Shown: positions 9,150-19,514 of the stretch, one piece after another
How the letters are laid out: each line of letters begins with the position of its first letter
How positions within the stretch are numbered: the first letter of the stretch is position 1
From: Oscillospiraceae bacterium
GTDB lineage: Bacteria; Bacillota; Clostridia; Oscillospirales; Ruminococcaceae
Length of the DNA: 64,000 nt
Assembly (NCBI GenBank): GCA_022770625.1
Contig: JALEHK010000022.1
Coordinates: 23,800-87,799, forward strand
Direction: 5' to 3'
Notes under the pieces: generated by a model
Seen by the model: the letters and a program-made list of their open reading frames with translations, nothing else
What the model was told of the DNA's origin: nothing
The model's database searches: none
Program-made: the position numbers and the translations under genes

Positions 9150-10286
9150 ATGGGAAAATGGGTCACGTTTTTTGCGGCTGCCCCGCGCGAAGCACGTGCA
9201 GGCACCGATCCAGCGGTCGGAAGAACAGCAAGACTGAAGGTAACCGTCAATCTTACGGGGGACAGTCTGCGTCTGCGGGTCGGAAATCTGTTCGGGGATA
9301 AACCTTCCCGTATCTCGTCGATCACCGTTTGGAACGGACGCAGTCAGGCGGACGTTACTTTCGGTGGACAGCCCTCCGTTCGGCTCGCCCCCGGAAGCAG
9401 CCTGCAAAGCGACGTCTTTTTCCTTCCGGTCAAGGCCGGAGATACGATCACCTTTCTGATGGCGATTCCGGAGAACGTTCCGGCGCCAATGTCCGCCAGC
9501 GGCGTATGGCAGGTCGAATATTCTCCCAAAGGAGATTTTACGATGCAGCCGGACTTTTCCCCGGTTTCGATCCCGCAGCAAGGCCCGTTCCCTCTGGGAC
9601 AGCCGCTTCCGCTGCTGATGGATATCGAGCTTCTGACTGAAGAGAAAGCGGTGGGAGCGACCGCCTGCTTCGGCGATTCGATCACCGAAATGCGCTACTG
9701 GTTTGATCCGTTGATGGAAAAAACATATGAAAAGCCCGGCCAGGCGGTTTTGAACCTCGGGATCAGCGGAAACCGTCTGCTCCTTCCGACCGGCGGGACA
9801 ATCGCCGATATGGCAGGTCAGCTTTTCGGTGAATCGGGTCTGAAACGGATGCCGTGGGATCTGCTTGAAAAAGACGGGATCGATACGGTGATTCTGGCAC
9901 TCGGTATCAACGACGTCAGCCAGCCGGGGAGCGGAGAGGTCTGCCCACCGGTATCCGAGCGCTGCACGCTTGAGGCGTTTGCCGCCGGTGTCAGCCGGGT
10001 CACGCTGACCCTGCATGAAAAAGGGATCCGGGTCATCCCCGCGACCATTACCCCTTTCGGCGGAATGCCGGGATGCTGTAAAGAAACGCTGACCCTGCGC
10101 CGGGAGATCAACGCATGGCTGTCCCGCCGCGCGGCAGCGGGAGAGTTCGACGGACTGATCGACTTTGCTTCGGCAGTTGCCGATCCGGAAGATCCCGACC
10201 GGATGCGCCCGGAATATGATTCGGGCGACCATCTTCATCCCAACCCTGAGGGCGGAAAAAGAATGGCGGCTGCGATCAGGCTTTAA
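9150..10286 (+). CDS. SGNH/GDSL-family hydrolase
   Basis: Blocks CFGDSITE, LGISGN, LALGINDV and SGDHLHPN match the SGNH catalytic blocks. I prefer ATG 9150 (after AAAGGA) over the upstream 9102 start of the ORF track. Confidence 0.8.
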   Translation: MGKWVTFFAAAPREARAGTDPAVGRTARLKVTVNLTGDSLRLRVGNLFGDKPSRISSITVWNGRSQADVTFGGQPSVRLAPGSSLQSDVFFLPVKAGDTITFLMAIPENVPAPMSASGVWQVEYSPKGDFTMQPDFSPVSIPQQGPFPLGQPLPLLMDIELLTEEKAVGATACFGDSITEMRYWFDPLMEKTYEKPGQAVLNLGISGNRLLLPTGGTIADMAGQLFGESGLKRMPWDLLEKDGIDTVILALGINDVSQPGSGEVCPPVSERCTLEAFAAGVSRVTLTLHEKGIRVIPATITPFGGMPGCCKETLTLRREINAWLSRRAAAGEFDGLIDFASAVADPEDPDRMRPEYDSGDHLHPNPEGGKRMAAAIRL

Positions 10287-10295
10287 ATATCCATC

Positions 10296-10339
10296 AAAAA
10301 ATGCTCTTCTTCCAAATTGCGGAAGGAGAGCATTTTTAC
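10296..10339 (+). terminator. Rho-independent terminator
   Basis: Stem ATGCTCTTCTTCC (10301-10313) pairs with GGAAGGAGAGCAT (10321-10333); TTTTT follows. Confidence 0.8.
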
Positions 10340-10351
10340 GTTTTGATTCCC

Positions 10352-10403
10352 TTGACAGAGAAAATGAAAGGCGTTATAATTGTTAAGGCACAAATGTTGC
10401 CTT
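10352..10403 (+). promoter_or_regulatory. consensus promoter followed by a palindromic candidate MarR operator
   Basis: TTGACA 10352-10357, 17-bp spacer, TATAAT 10375-10380. Immediately downstream is the inverted repeat AAGGCA-N7-TGCCTT (10385-10403). Confidence 0.65.
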
Positions 10404-10430
10404 CGCAACGTTTTGAAGAGGGGGAAATAG

Positions 10431-10901
10431 ATGATGTTGGATGGACTCATGAAATTCATCAACCGGACCGCCCGGTGCAGCAACTTCTTCCGGGCGCAGC
10501 AGCTGACCGACAGCGGCGTTTCGGGCGTTCAGTGCACCTACCTGATCCGGATCTGCCGCCAGCCCGGCATTTCACAGGATCAGCTGGCCGGCCAGCTCTA
10601 TAAGGATAAGAGCGTCGTCGCAAGACAGATCGCGACCTTGATGCAGCGGGGATATGTTCGGAGAGAACTGTCGCCGACCGACCGACGGGTCCAGCAACTG
10701 TACCCGACCGAGCAGACGCTTGAGCTTCTGCCCCGGATGCTGGAGGTCTTTTCCGAATGGGAAAAGATCCTGACGCAGGGCTTTACCGATGAAGAAAAGG
10801 AAACGGTTTATTCGCTTCTGTCCAGAATTTACGAAAACGCTGAAGCGGAGACTCAGCGGGAAGCTATGATCGCCCGGCAGAGAGAAGGGGATCGGTTATG
10901 A
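10431..10901 (+). CDS. MarR family transcriptional regulator
   Basis: A winged-helix segment GISQDQLAGQLYKDKSVVARQIATLMQRGYVRRELSPTDRR is typical of MarR. Its stop overlaps the next start (ATGA). Confidence 0.85.
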   Translation: MMLDGLMKFINRTARCSNFFRAQQLTDSGVSGVQCTYLIRICRQPGISQDQLAGQLYKDKSVVARQIATLMQRGYVRRELSPTDRRVQQLYPTEQTLELLPRMLEVFSEWEKILTQGFTDEEKETVYSLLSRIYENAEAETQREAMIARQREGDRL

Positions 10902-12667
10902 AGCGGCTGATGGAGTATATCCGTCCCTGTCTCTGGAGAATGGCGGGCGGCTTTTCGATCAAGTTTATGGGCTCGCTTCTGGATCTGATGATCCCGTGGA
11001 TGCTGTCCAAGATCATCGACGATGTCATCCCGACGGGAGAGGTTCGGATGATCCTTCTCTGGGGCGGGCTGATGACCCTCTGCGCGGGCGCGGTCTTTGC
11101 CTTTAACGTGATCCCGAACCGGATGGCGTCAAGCGTTGCAAGGGATATTACCGAAAAGCTGCGCGAGGATCTGTTTGTAAAGACCTCTTCCCTTTCCTGC
11201 GCACAGGTTGACCGGCTGACGGTTCCGTCACTGATCTCCCGCATTACCTCCGATACCTATAACGTCCACCGGATGCTGAATATGATGCAGCGTCTGGGGG
11301 TACGCGCGCCGATCCTTCTTCTGGGCGGGCTCATCGTTACGATGGCGATGGAGCCGAGATTGGGCGCGGTTTTATTGGCGCTGATGCCGCTGATGGGACT
11401 GACCATCTGGATCATCTCCAAAAAAGGCATCCCGATGTACACCAAGACCCAGCAGAAGGTCGACCGGATGGTGCAGACGGTTCGGGAAAATATCGTCGGT
11501 GTCCGGATCATCAAGGCATTGTCCAAGGGAGATTTTGAGCGGAAACGGTTTGATACCGTCAACCGGGAGCTTTCCGATCAGGAAACAACGGCGGGGGTTA
11601 CGATGGCGGCCACCAATCCGCTGATGAACCTGTTTCTCAACTGCGGTCTGGTTCTCGTCATTTTGCTGGGTGCCTATCTGGTCAATAACGGTACAACCAA
11701 AATCGGTCAGATTATTGCGTTTCAAAGCTATTTTACGATCATTTTGACGGCGGTTATCTCGCTTTCGCGTATGTTTGTCATCCTCTCCAAGGGAAGCGCT
11801 TCCGCCGATCGGATCGCAGAGGTGCTCGATCTTCCGCAGGATCTCATTCCTTCGCTTGAAGGCGAAAAACGGGAGCAGGCGGCGAGTGAGGATGAATATG
11901 TTGCCTTTGATCACGTTTCTTTCTCCTATCTCGGACAGAAGGACAACCTTTCGGACATCAGCTTTACGCTGAAAAAAGGAGAAACACTCGGTATTATCGG
12001 TTCGACCGGCTCGGGGAAATCGACCATCGTAAACCTCCTGATGCGGCTGTATGACGCCGATCGGGGTCAGATCCGGATTCAGGGGGTTGATGTAAAAAAT
12101 ATTCCCGATGAAAAGCTTCACCGTATGTTCGGCGTCGTTTTCCAGTCGGACGTTCTTTTTGCGGATACGATCCGTGAAAATATCGACTTCGGTCGGCGGC
12201 TGACGATGGAGGAAATCGACGACGCCGCTAAAAACGCACAGGCACAGGAGTTTATCCTGACGCGTGAGGAAAAATATGAGGACGCGCTCTCGATCCGGGG
12301 AAGCAACCTCTCGGGCGGTCAGCGCCAGCGGCTTTTAATCGCGCGGGCGCTCGCCGGTCAGCCGGATATTCTGGTACTGGACGATTCCTCTTCGGCGCTC
12401 GACTATAAGACCGACGCTTCGATGCGTCAGGCGATCCGCGAAAGCCTTTCGGACACGACCTCGATCATCATCGCTCAGCGGGTCAGCTCGATCATGCAGG
12501 CGGATCATATCCTTGTCCTTGAAAACGGGCGGGAGATCGGCTGCGGGACTCATGAAGAGCTTCTGAAAAACTGCCCGGTTTATCAGGAAATCGCCGCGAC
12601 TCAGCTTGGCGGACGGGATGCTTCCGGCCTTGCTGATACCGTAAACGAAGAGGAGGCGAAGGTATGA
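10898..12667 (+). CDS. ABC exporter, fused permease/ATPase (heterodimer half 1)
   Basis: Six-TM N-terminal domain, Walker A GSTGSGKST, signature LSGGQRQR, Walker B ILVLDD. Confidence 0.9.
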   Translation: MKRLMEYIRPCLWRMAGGFSIKFMGSLLDLMIPWMLSKIIDDVIPTGEVRMILLWGGLMTLCAGAVFAFNVIPNRMASSVARDITEKLREDLFVKTSSLSCAQVDRLTVPSLISRITSDTYNVHRMLNMMQRLGVRAPILLLGGLIVTMAMEPRLGAVLLALMPLMGLTIWIISKKGIPMYTKTQQKVDRMVQTVRENIVGVRIIKALSKGDFERKRFDTVNRELSDQETTAGVTMAATNPLMNLFLNCGLVLVILLGAYLVNNGTTKIGQIIAFQSYFTIILTAVISLSRMFVILSKGSASADRIAEVLDLPQDLIPSLEGEKREQAASEDEYVAFDHVSFSYLGQKDNLSDISFTLKKGETLGIIGSTGSGKSTIVNLLMRLYDADRGQIRIQGVDVKNIPDEKLHRMFGVVFQSDVLFADTIRENIDFGRRLTMEEIDDAAKNAQAQEFILTREEKYEDALSIRGSNLSGGQRQRLLIARALAGQPDILVLDDSSSALDYKTDASMRQAIRESLSDTTSIIIAQRVSSIMQADHILVLENGREIGCGTHEELLKNCPVYQEIAATQLGGRDASGLADTVNEEEAKV

Positions 12668-14478
12668 ACCGCAATATGTTCTCGGGCAGAGACAAGACCG
12701 CCGGCCTTCAGAAGGGAGTTGCCCAAAAGACCCGGATGAAAACCCCCGAGATCCTAAAGCGTCTCTGGAAATATCTCTATCGCTCGGGCGGAATGCTTAT
12801 AGCGGCGCTTTTGATGACTTTCGCGAGCAACATTCTCTCACTGACCGGCCCGTCGCTCGCCGGAAACGCGGTCAATGCCATCAAAGGGAAAGGAAACGTT
12901 GATTTTCCGACCGTTTTCCGGATGTGCCGGCTGATGCTCATCTTTTACCTTCTCTCTTCGGCTTTTGAATGGCTCTTGTCCACCATCCTCATCAAACTCA
13001 GTCAGAAGTGCGTCTTTCAGATGCGGAAGGATGTTTTCGACCATCTCGAGACCCTTCCCGTCCGGTTTTTTGACCATCATCAGACGGGCGACATCATCTC
13101 TCACATCTCCTACGACATCGATACCGTCAATACCTCCCTCTCCAGCGACCTTGTGCAGGTCTGCTCGAGTATCATTACCGTTGTCGGTTCACTGGTCATG
13201 ATGCTCCGGATCAACCCGCCGCTGGTCTTGGTCTTTGCGGTCACGGTTCCGATCTCGGTGCTTTTTACCAAGCACCTTTCCAAAAAGGTCCGTCCGCTCT
13301 TTTCCGCCCGAAGCGCGAAGATGGGTGAACTGAACGGCTATACCGAAGAGACCATTTCCGGTCATAAAACGATCAAGTCCTATCATCAGGAAGAGACGAT
13401 GAACGGCCGCTTCCGGAAAAAGAATACCGACAGCTGCGACGCATACTATCAGGCGGATTATGCTTCCGCCGGAATGGGGCCTTCGGTCAACTTTATCAAC
13501 AACCTCTCTCTGGCGCTGATCTCGGTTTTCGGCGCGATGCTGTATCTGTACGGCGGACGGTTTGCACTGACCCTCGGCGCACTTTCCTCCTTCGTCCTCT
13601 ATTCCAGAAAATTCTCCGGCCCGATCAACGAGATCGCCAACGTTATCAGTGAGCTTCAGTCGGCTCTTGCGGCGGCGGAACGGGTCTTTATCCTGCTCGA
13701 TGAGCCGTCGGAAGAAGCGGATGCGCCGGGCGCAAAAGAGATCCGGGTCAGCGAAGGCCGGGTCGATATGGATCATATCCGTTTCGGCTATCTTCCCGAA
13801 AAGGAGATCATCCATGACTTGACACTCCGAGCCAATGGCGGAAGCCTGACGGCAATCGTCGGGCCGACCGGCGCCGGAAAGACTACGCTGACCAATCTCC
13901 TGATGCGTTTTTACGATCCTCAGGGCGGGACGATCTCGGTCGATGGACAGGAGATTCGCTCGGTCACGAGAAAGAGCCTGCGCCTTTCCTACGCGATGGT
14001 TTTGCAGGAAACATGGCTCTTTACCGGAACGATCCGGGAAAATATCGCCTACGGAAATCCGAACGCGACCTTTGAACAGGTCGAAAAGGCGGCCAAGGCG
14101 GCGCATATCCACGAGTTTATCATGAGCCTTCCCGATGGCTACGATACCGTCCTGACCGAAGAAGGGATCAACGTCTCTCAGGGACAGCGCCAGCTGCTGA
14201 CGATCGCGCGGGCGATGCTTCTGGACGCACAGATGCTGATTCTGGACGAAGCGACCAGCAACGTCGATACCCGTACCGAAATGCAGATCCAGTCGGCGAT
14301 GCGGGAACTGATGGACGGGAAGACCTGCTTTGTGATTGCCCACCGTCTCTCAACGATCCAGAACGCCGACAACATCCTCGTTGTCCGGGATGGTGACATC
14401 GTGGAGCAGGGGACCCACGATCAGCTGCTCGCACGGAACGGCTTCTACGCGAAGCTCTTTTATTCTCAGTTCTCGTAA
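12664..14478 (+). CDS. ABC exporter, fused permease/ATPase (heterodimer half 2)
   Basis: TM domain followed by GPTGAGKTT, VSQGQRQL and LILDEATS. A 4-nt ATGA overlap couples it to the preceding gene. Confidence 0.9.
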   Translation: MNRNMFSGRDKTAGLQKGVAQKTRMKTPEILKRLWKYLYRSGGMLIAALLMTFASNILSLTGPSLAGNAVNAIKGKGNVDFPTVFRMCRLMLIFYLLSSAFEWLLSTILIKLSQKCVFQMRKDVFDHLETLPVRFFDHHQTGDIISHISYDIDTVNTSLSSDLVQVCSSIITVVGSLVMMLRINPPLVLVFAVTVPISVLFTKHLSKKVRPLFSARSAKMGELNGYTEETISGHKTIKSYHQEETMNGRFRKKNTDSCDAYYQADYASAGMGPSVNFINNLSLALISVFGAMLYLYGGRFALTLGALSSFVLYSRKFSGPINEIANVISELQSALAAAERVFILLDEPSEEADAPGAKEIRVSEGRVDMDHIRFGYLPEKEIIHDLTLRANGGSLTAIVGPTGAGKTTLTNLLMRFYDPQGGTISVDGQEIRSVTRKSLRLSYAMVLQETWLFTGTIRENIAYGNPNATFEQVEKAAKAAHIHEFIMSLPDGYDTVLTEEGINVSQGQRQLLTIARAMLLDAQMLILDEATSNVDTRTEMQIQSAMRELMDGKTCFVIAHRLSTIQNADNILVVRDGDIVEQGTHDQLLARNGFYAKLFYSQFS

Positions 14479-14502
14479 TGTTCCCGCAATATTGACCGTT
14501 AT

Positions 14503-14555
14503 AAAAACCGCCCTGCCTTATTTGCTTACGAACAGATAAGGCAGGGCGGTTTTCC
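14503..14555. terminator. bidirectional Rho-independent terminator
   Basis: 13-bp stem CCGCCCTGCCTTA (14508-14520) / TAAGGCAGGGCGG (14537-14549), flanked by an A-run and a T-run. It lies between convergent genes. Confidence 0.85.
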
Positions 14556-14560
14556 TTTTC

Positions 14561-15901
14561 TTATATTTTTTCTGGTTCAGGTTCGACGGCAAAGAGCCGT
14601 CCTTCTTTCCTGGTGGTAAAAAACAGCCAGATAATTTCAACAAGAGATGCCAGGCGCATCAGCACAATGATGCCGTTGAATTTAAAGACCGCCGAAATAT
14701 CCGCGCCGAGGAACCGGTAGAGCTGAACACCGAAGTAAGGAACGACGGCGTTTGAAAGGGTAATGACAAGGGTGTACAGACTGATAATTAGGCTTCGGTT
14801 CTCATGCGGTACGGAAGCCAGCATCATCTGTATCAGACAGAGGTTAAAGCTGCATTCAAGCGCGCTCGGAATAATTGCCATCAGAATAAAAGCAAAGGGT
14901 CTCGCTTCGTCCGAAAAGACCGGCGACAGCGCAAACAGGGCGCAGAGCGTACCCAGCAGGTACCCCACCTCCACGATAATCATCGTAAAGTAAACCGACC
15001 GCTTTTCGATCAGCCGGGAGAAAAATCCGATGGCTGCCATCTGTGCGATCGAGTTAACGGCGTTGGTGATTGAGAGATGGGCCTCGTTCATATAGGCGTA
15101 CTGGGTCTGTTCGATATACCACATACTCCAGTCTATCTGCCAGCTGACATAAAAGAGAACGCCGGTCAGAAAAAATCTCCGGAAATATTTTCCGGAAAAC
15201 GCGGCTTTTACACTTTTTACGATCAGAGCGGGGGAAAACCGGGCTTCGGTTTTCGGACGTGCCACACAGGAAATCTTACGGATAATCAAAAACTGCAACA
15301 GGATAAAACAGCCGCAGATGTAGTAAAAGATACGAAGAACCATGACCTTTTCCGCTTCGGTATGCTGCGCCGCCATCGCAAATCCGCACAGAAGCGGGGT
15401 CAGAATCCCGATAAAAAACATGACCCGGCTTCGGAAGGTAAAGACCGGATTCCGGTTTTCCGAAGGGGTTACGTCTCCGAAAAAGTTCTGCCACTGGGCG
15501 TTATAGAGAACGCATCCGGCGACCGTCATTCCGAGAAAGACAAAGAAAAGGCTGAGCTTCAGCCCGCCCATGATCGGAACGCTCGCGTAAAAGAAATACA
15601 TGATTCCGACGATCAGAAGGCAGATGGAGGGAACGGTGCGGCTTTTCGGCATCCGGTCGCTCAGCATCCCGCAGGGAAGAAGCAGGATCAGCGCTAAAAG
15701 ATTGGGGATCATCTGCACCAGTCCAATCTGGGTGTCGCTTGCGCCCATCCTGGTTGCGTACAGACAGTTCCCGAAATTGTTGACCGACTGGGAAAACTGG
15801 TAAAGAATCCCTTCGATCCCGAAAAGCAGAAGCGTTTTGTGCTGAGGGAGCGCGGCGGTTGCCGACAGTCCGCGCAGACGTGCTTTCCAATCAATTTTCA
15901 T
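14561..15901 (-). CDS. MFS transporter
   Basis: 446-aa ORF with about 12 hydrophobic helices and RBS AAGGGG 9 nt upstream. The overlapping plus-strand ORFs are low-complexity. Confidence 0.8.
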   Translation of the reverse strand: MKIDWKARLRGLSATAALPQHKTLLLFGIEGILYQFSQSVNNFGNCLYATRMGASDTQIGLVQMIPNLLALILLLPCGMLSDRMPKSRTVPSICLLIVGIMYFFYASVPIMGGLKLSLFFVFLGMTVAGCVLYNAQWQNFFGDVTPSENRNPVFTFRSRVMFFIGILTPLLCGFAMAAQHTEAEKVMVLRIFYYICGCFILLQFLIIRKISCVARPKTEARFSPALIVKSVKAAFSGKYFRRFFLTGVLFYVSWQIDWSMWYIEQTQYAYMNEAHLSITNAVNSIAQMAAIGFFSRLIEKRSVYFTMIIVEVGYLLGTLCALFALSPVFSDEARPFAFILMAIIPSALECSFNLCLIQMMLASVPHENRSLIISLYTLVITLSNAVVPYFGVQLYRFLGADISAVFKFNGIIVLMRLASLVEIIWLFFTTRKEGRLFAVEPEPEKI

Positions 15902-16084
15902 GGATATATCCCCTTTTGGTTTATCTCAATCGCATTATATCGGTTCTGTAAAAAAAAGCAAGGGCTTTTCAAAAATAGTTTCTCTTTCCTTACCCTTTTG
16001 GCGGAATGTCTAAAGAACTTGCTTTTTGTCCGTACAGATTGACGGAAGGAATGCGTTTTGGCCTGATTTTGCACCAAATAGCGC

Positions 16085-16114
16085 TTGACAAAACAGAGCC
16101 GGAAGGATTATAAT
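16085..16114 (+). promoter_or_regulatory. promoter of the alaS leader (TTGACA ... TATAAT)
   Basis: TTGACA at 16085-16090 and TATAAT at 16109-16114, with an 18-bp spacer. Confidence 0.7.
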
Positions 16115-16120
16115 ATACTT

Positions 16121-16400
16121 GTAAAAATATCTGACCGGCAAAGAACAGAACCAGCGGTTCTTTCTTCCTCAGAGAGTAGGCTGTTCGCCCGATCAACGGT
16201 GTCCTTCTGAAAGGCCTATGGAAAGAGAGTGCTGCGCGCCGTCTGGGAGCTCCGCCTAATCCGCGGCGTCTCTTCCGCGTTAAGGAAGAAAAAGCGGAAG
16301 GAAAAACGTGTTTTCGTATCTTTTCCTTCAACCAGGGTGGTACCACGGAAACGACAGGATTTCGTCCCTTTTGTTAAGGGGATGGAGTCCTTTTTTATTT
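16121..16400 (+). promoter_or_regulatory. T-box riboswitch leader (presumably tRNA-Ala responsive) with terminator
   Basis: Conserved T-box sequence AACCAGGGTGGTACCACGG at about 16330-16348 and an AGAGAGT element in the upstream stem region. A terminator hairpin at 16357-16390 with T-run 16391-16397 sits directly before alaS. I did not identify the specifier codon. Confidence 0.75.
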
Positions 16401-16447
16401 ACGGCCGGGTCGGATATATCTGTATACAAGGAAAGGAAGTTGTTCCC

Positions 16448-19090
16448 ATGCAGTGGACAAGCTTAAACGACCTGCGCGAGAAATACCTCTCGTTTTTTGA
16501 GAGCAAAGGACATACTCGTATGCCCAGCGCGCCCCTGATCCCTCCGAAAGATGACACCAGCCTCCTGCTCATCAACTCCGGTATGGCACCGTTAAAAAAA
16601 TTCTTCCTCGGTCAGGCGACCCCGCCCAATACCCGCGTCACCACCTGCCAGAAATGTGTCCGTACTGAGGACATCGAGCATATCGGCAAGACCGCCCGTC
16701 ACGGCACCTATTTCGAGATGCTCGGAAACTTCTCGTTCGGCGATTACTTCAAGCATGAAGCGACCGCATGGGCTTGGGAATTTATCACCAAAGTGCTCGA
16801 CCTCCCGGTTGATAAGCTCTGGGTCACGATCTATCAGGACGATGACGAAGCGTTCGACATCTGGACGAAGGAAGTCGGCGTCGATCCCGCCCATATCGTC
16901 CGCCTCGGTAAAGAGGATAACTTCTGGGAGCACGGTTCCGGCCCCTGCGGCCCCTGCTCCGAGATCTACTTCGACCGCGGAGAAGCGCGCGGCTGCGGCA
17001 AGCCTACCTGCGGCCCCGGCTGCGACTGCGACCGTTATGTTGAGTTCTGGAACCTTGTTTTCTCCCAGTTCGATTCCGACGGCGAAGGCCATTATGAACG
17101 GATGAAGAAGCCCAACATCGATACCGGTATGGGTCTGGAAAGAATCGCCTGCATTATGCAGGACGTTGACAACCTCTTTGAGGTCGATACCGTCCAGAAC
17201 ATCATGAAGAAGATTTCTGAGATCGCCGGCGTTCATTACGGCGATAATGAAAAGACCGACGTTTCTCTCCGCGTTATCACCGACCATATCCGCTCCTGCA
17301 CCTTCATGCTGGCGGACGGCGTTACCCCGTCCAATGAAGGCCGCGGCTATGTTCTCCGCCGTCTGCTCCGTCGCGCTGCCCGTCACGGCAAGCTTTTGGG
17401 CATCGACGTTCCGTTCCTTTATAAGGTTGTCGATACCGTTGCGCACGAGAACCTCTCGGCATATCCTGAGCTGACTGAAAAGGCAGACTATATCAAGAAA
17501 GTCATCCACAACGAAGAGGAAGCGTTTGACAAGACGATCGGCAAGGGCCTTGATCTGCTGCATCAGCTGATGAACAAGGTCTCCGAAGAGAACGGCACCG
17601 TTCTTTCGGGCGAGGACGTTTTCCGTTTGTACGATACCTACGGATTCCCGGTTGACCTGACCGAGGACATCGTTTCCGAAAAGGGCTTCACCGTCGATGT
17701 CAAGGGCTTTGAAGCTTATATGAAGGAACAGAAAAACCGCTCCCGCGCGAACTTCCTGGCAAAGGGCGGCTCTTCCTGGGACAGTGAACAGCTTGACCTT
17801 CCGAAGGTCGAGACCCGTTTTGTCGGTTACGAAGTCAAGAGCTGCAAGGCTAAAGTCGAAGGACTTCTGACTGGCGGCCAGCCTTCTGAGATTGCGACCG
17901 AGGGCGAAGAGGTTCTGATTGTTCTGAACGAGACTCCTTTCTACACCGAATCGGGCGGTCAGGTTTCTGATACCGGTCTGGTCAAGGGTGAGAAGGGTTC
18001 TGTTCTCGTTACCGCGATGAAGAAGATGCCGACCGGACAAATTGTTCATATCGGCGTTGTTAAAGAAGGCACCATCGAGCTGGGCGAAGAGGTTTCGGCT
18101 GTCGTTGATCTGGAGAGAAGACTCTCGATCATGCGCAACCATACCGCCGCTCATCTGCTTCAGGCCGCTCTGCGCAAAGTACTGGGCGATCATGTCCATC
18201 AGGCCGGTCAGCTGGTCGATGAGAATATCGTCCGTTTCGACTTTACCCATTTTGAAGCGATGACTCCTGTCGAACTGAAAGCAGTCGAGACGCTGATCAA
18301 CCATAAGATCATGGAGTGCATCCCCGTTGAAAACTACGAAGAGGATCTCGAGACCGCCCGTAAGGCTGGCGCGATGGCTCTCTTCTCCGAGAAATACGGA
18401 AACACCGTCCGTGTCGTTAAGATCGGCGATTACTCGATGGAGCTCTGCGGCGGCACCCACGTCAAGAGCACCGGTGAGCTGGGTCTGTTCCGGATCGTTT
18501 CCGAGGCTTCGGTCGCTGCCGGCGTCAGAAGAATCGAAGCGGTCACTGGCTTTAACTTCCTTGCGATGGATGACGGCCTGAAAGAGACCCTGTCCGAAGC
18601 GGCTGCCGCTGTTAAGACGACGCCCGCTGAGCTGCCCCATAAGCTGGAGCAGGTTGTTACCGAGCTGAAGGACAGCGCCCGTGAAATCGCCATGCTCAAC
18701 GGCCGTCTCGCTGAGGGACAGCTGGAGCAGATGCGCAAGGATGCAAGAAGAGTAAGCGGCGTCGCTGTATTCAATGTTGCGATTCCCGGCACTCCGGTTG
18801 AACGGATCCGCATGATGGGCGATAAGCTCAAAGATATGTTCCCCTGCTCCTGCGCACTCTTCTGCGGCGGAAGCAAGGAAAAACCGATGTTCGTCTGCGT
18901 TGCCGGCCCCGATGCCGTCAAGAAGGGCGTTCATGCCGGTAAGATCATCAAAGAGGTCTGCGCTGTGACCGGCGGTAAGGGTGGCGGACGCCCCGATACC
19001 GCACAGGGCGGCGTTGGCGATCCCTTTAAGGTCGATGAAGCGATGGCGATCCTTGACGATCTGATTGCTTCTCAGGCTAAAGAAGACTGA
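16448..19090 (+). CDS. alaS: alanine--tRNA ligase
   Basis: MQWTSLNDLREKYLSFFESKGH..., FEMLGNFSFGDYFK, an HxxxH editing-domain motif (HTAAHLL) and a C-terminal DHHA1-like region. Start ATG 16448 follows GGAAAGGAAG; the ORF-track extension upstream is the T-box leader. Confidence 0.97.
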   Translation: MQWTSLNDLREKYLSFFESKGHTRMPSAPLIPPKDDTSLLLINSGMAPLKKFFLGQATPPNTRVTTCQKCVRTEDIEHIGKTARHGTYFEMLGNFSFGDYFKHEATAWAWEFITKVLDLPVDKLWVTIYQDDDEAFDIWTKEVGVDPAHIVRLGKEDNFWEHGSGPCGPCSEIYFDRGEARGCGKPTCGPGCDCDRYVEFWNLVFSQFDSDGEGHYERMKKPNIDTGMGLERIACIMQDVDNLFEVDTVQNIMKKISEIAGVHYGDNEKTDVSLRVITDHIRSCTFMLADGVTPSNEGRGYVLRRLLRRAARHGKLLGIDVPFLYKVVDTVAHENLSAYPELTEKADYIKKVIHNEEEAFDKTIGKGLDLLHQLMNKVSEENGTVLSGEDVFRLYDTYGFPVDLTEDIVSEKGFTVDVKGFEAYMKEQKNRSRANFLAKGGSSWDSEQLDLPKVETRFVGYEVKSCKAKVEGLLTGGQPSEIATEGEEVLIVLNETPFYTESGGQVSDTGLVKGEKGSVLVTAMKKMPTGQIVHIGVVKEGTIELGEEVSAVVDLERRLSIMRNHTAAHLLQAALRKVLGDHVHQAGQLVDENIVRFDFTHFEAMTPVELKAVETLINHKIMECIPVENYEEDLETARKAGAMALFSEKYGNTVRVVKIGDYSMELCGGTHVKSTGELGLFRIVSEASVAAGVRRIEAVTGFNFLAMDDGLKETLSEAAAAVKTTPAELPHKLEQVVTELKDSAREIAMLNGRLAEGQLEQMRKDARRVSGVAVFNVAIPGTPVERIRMMGDKLKDMFPCSCALFCGGSKEKPMFVCVAGPDAVKKGVHAGKIIKEVCAVTGGKGGGRPDTAQGGVGDPFKVDEAMAILDDLIASQAKED

Positions 19091-19172
19091 TTGTGCATGA
19101 CTGTACCGAAGGAAGAAGCGCCCTGCTTTTTCCTCCGGCACAGGAATGATTGAATGAAAGGAGGAAATCCGT

Positions 19173-19514
19173 ATGGCAGACTGCCTATTCTGTAAGATTA
19201 TTGCGGGCGAGATCCCGTCGAAGAAGGTCTATGAGGACGATCTCTGCTATGCTTTTTACGATATTGACCCGCAGGCTCCGACCCATTTTTTGGTCGTTCC
19301 CAAGACCCATATCGCCGGCCCTCACGCCGTAAACGATGAAAATGGTGCGGTCGTCGGTCATATCTATGCGGTTATCGCCAAACTGGCGGCTGAACTGGGA
19401 CTGGAAAACGGTTACCGTGTCGTTGCCAATGACGGTGCGGACGGCGGACAGACGGTCGGACATCTTCATTTCCATGTTCTTGCCGGGCGTTCGCTGGCTT
19501 GGCCTCCCGGTTAA
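19173..19514 (+). CDS. HIT family (histidine triad) nucleotide-binding protein
   Basis: CLFCKII..., a C-terminal GQTVGHLHFHVL histidine triad, and RBS AAAGGAGG. Confidence 0.9.
   Translation: MADCLFCKIIAGEIPSKKVYEDDLCYAFYDIDPQAPTHFLVVPKTHIAGPHAVNDENGAVVGHIYAVIAKLAAELGLENGYRVVANDGADGGQTVGHLHFHVLAGRSLAWPPG

Noticed and set aside
16229-16447. N-terminal extension of the alaS ORF in the ORF track (start at 16229)
   Set aside because: This stretch contains the T-box sequence and its terminator. The canonical AlaRS N-terminus (MQWTSLNDLREKY) starts at 16448 behind a good RBS.
16592-19141. 849-aa ORF on the minus strand
   Set aside because: It is antisense to alaS and has no recognisable motifs. 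It is a mirror ORF of a GC-rich gene.
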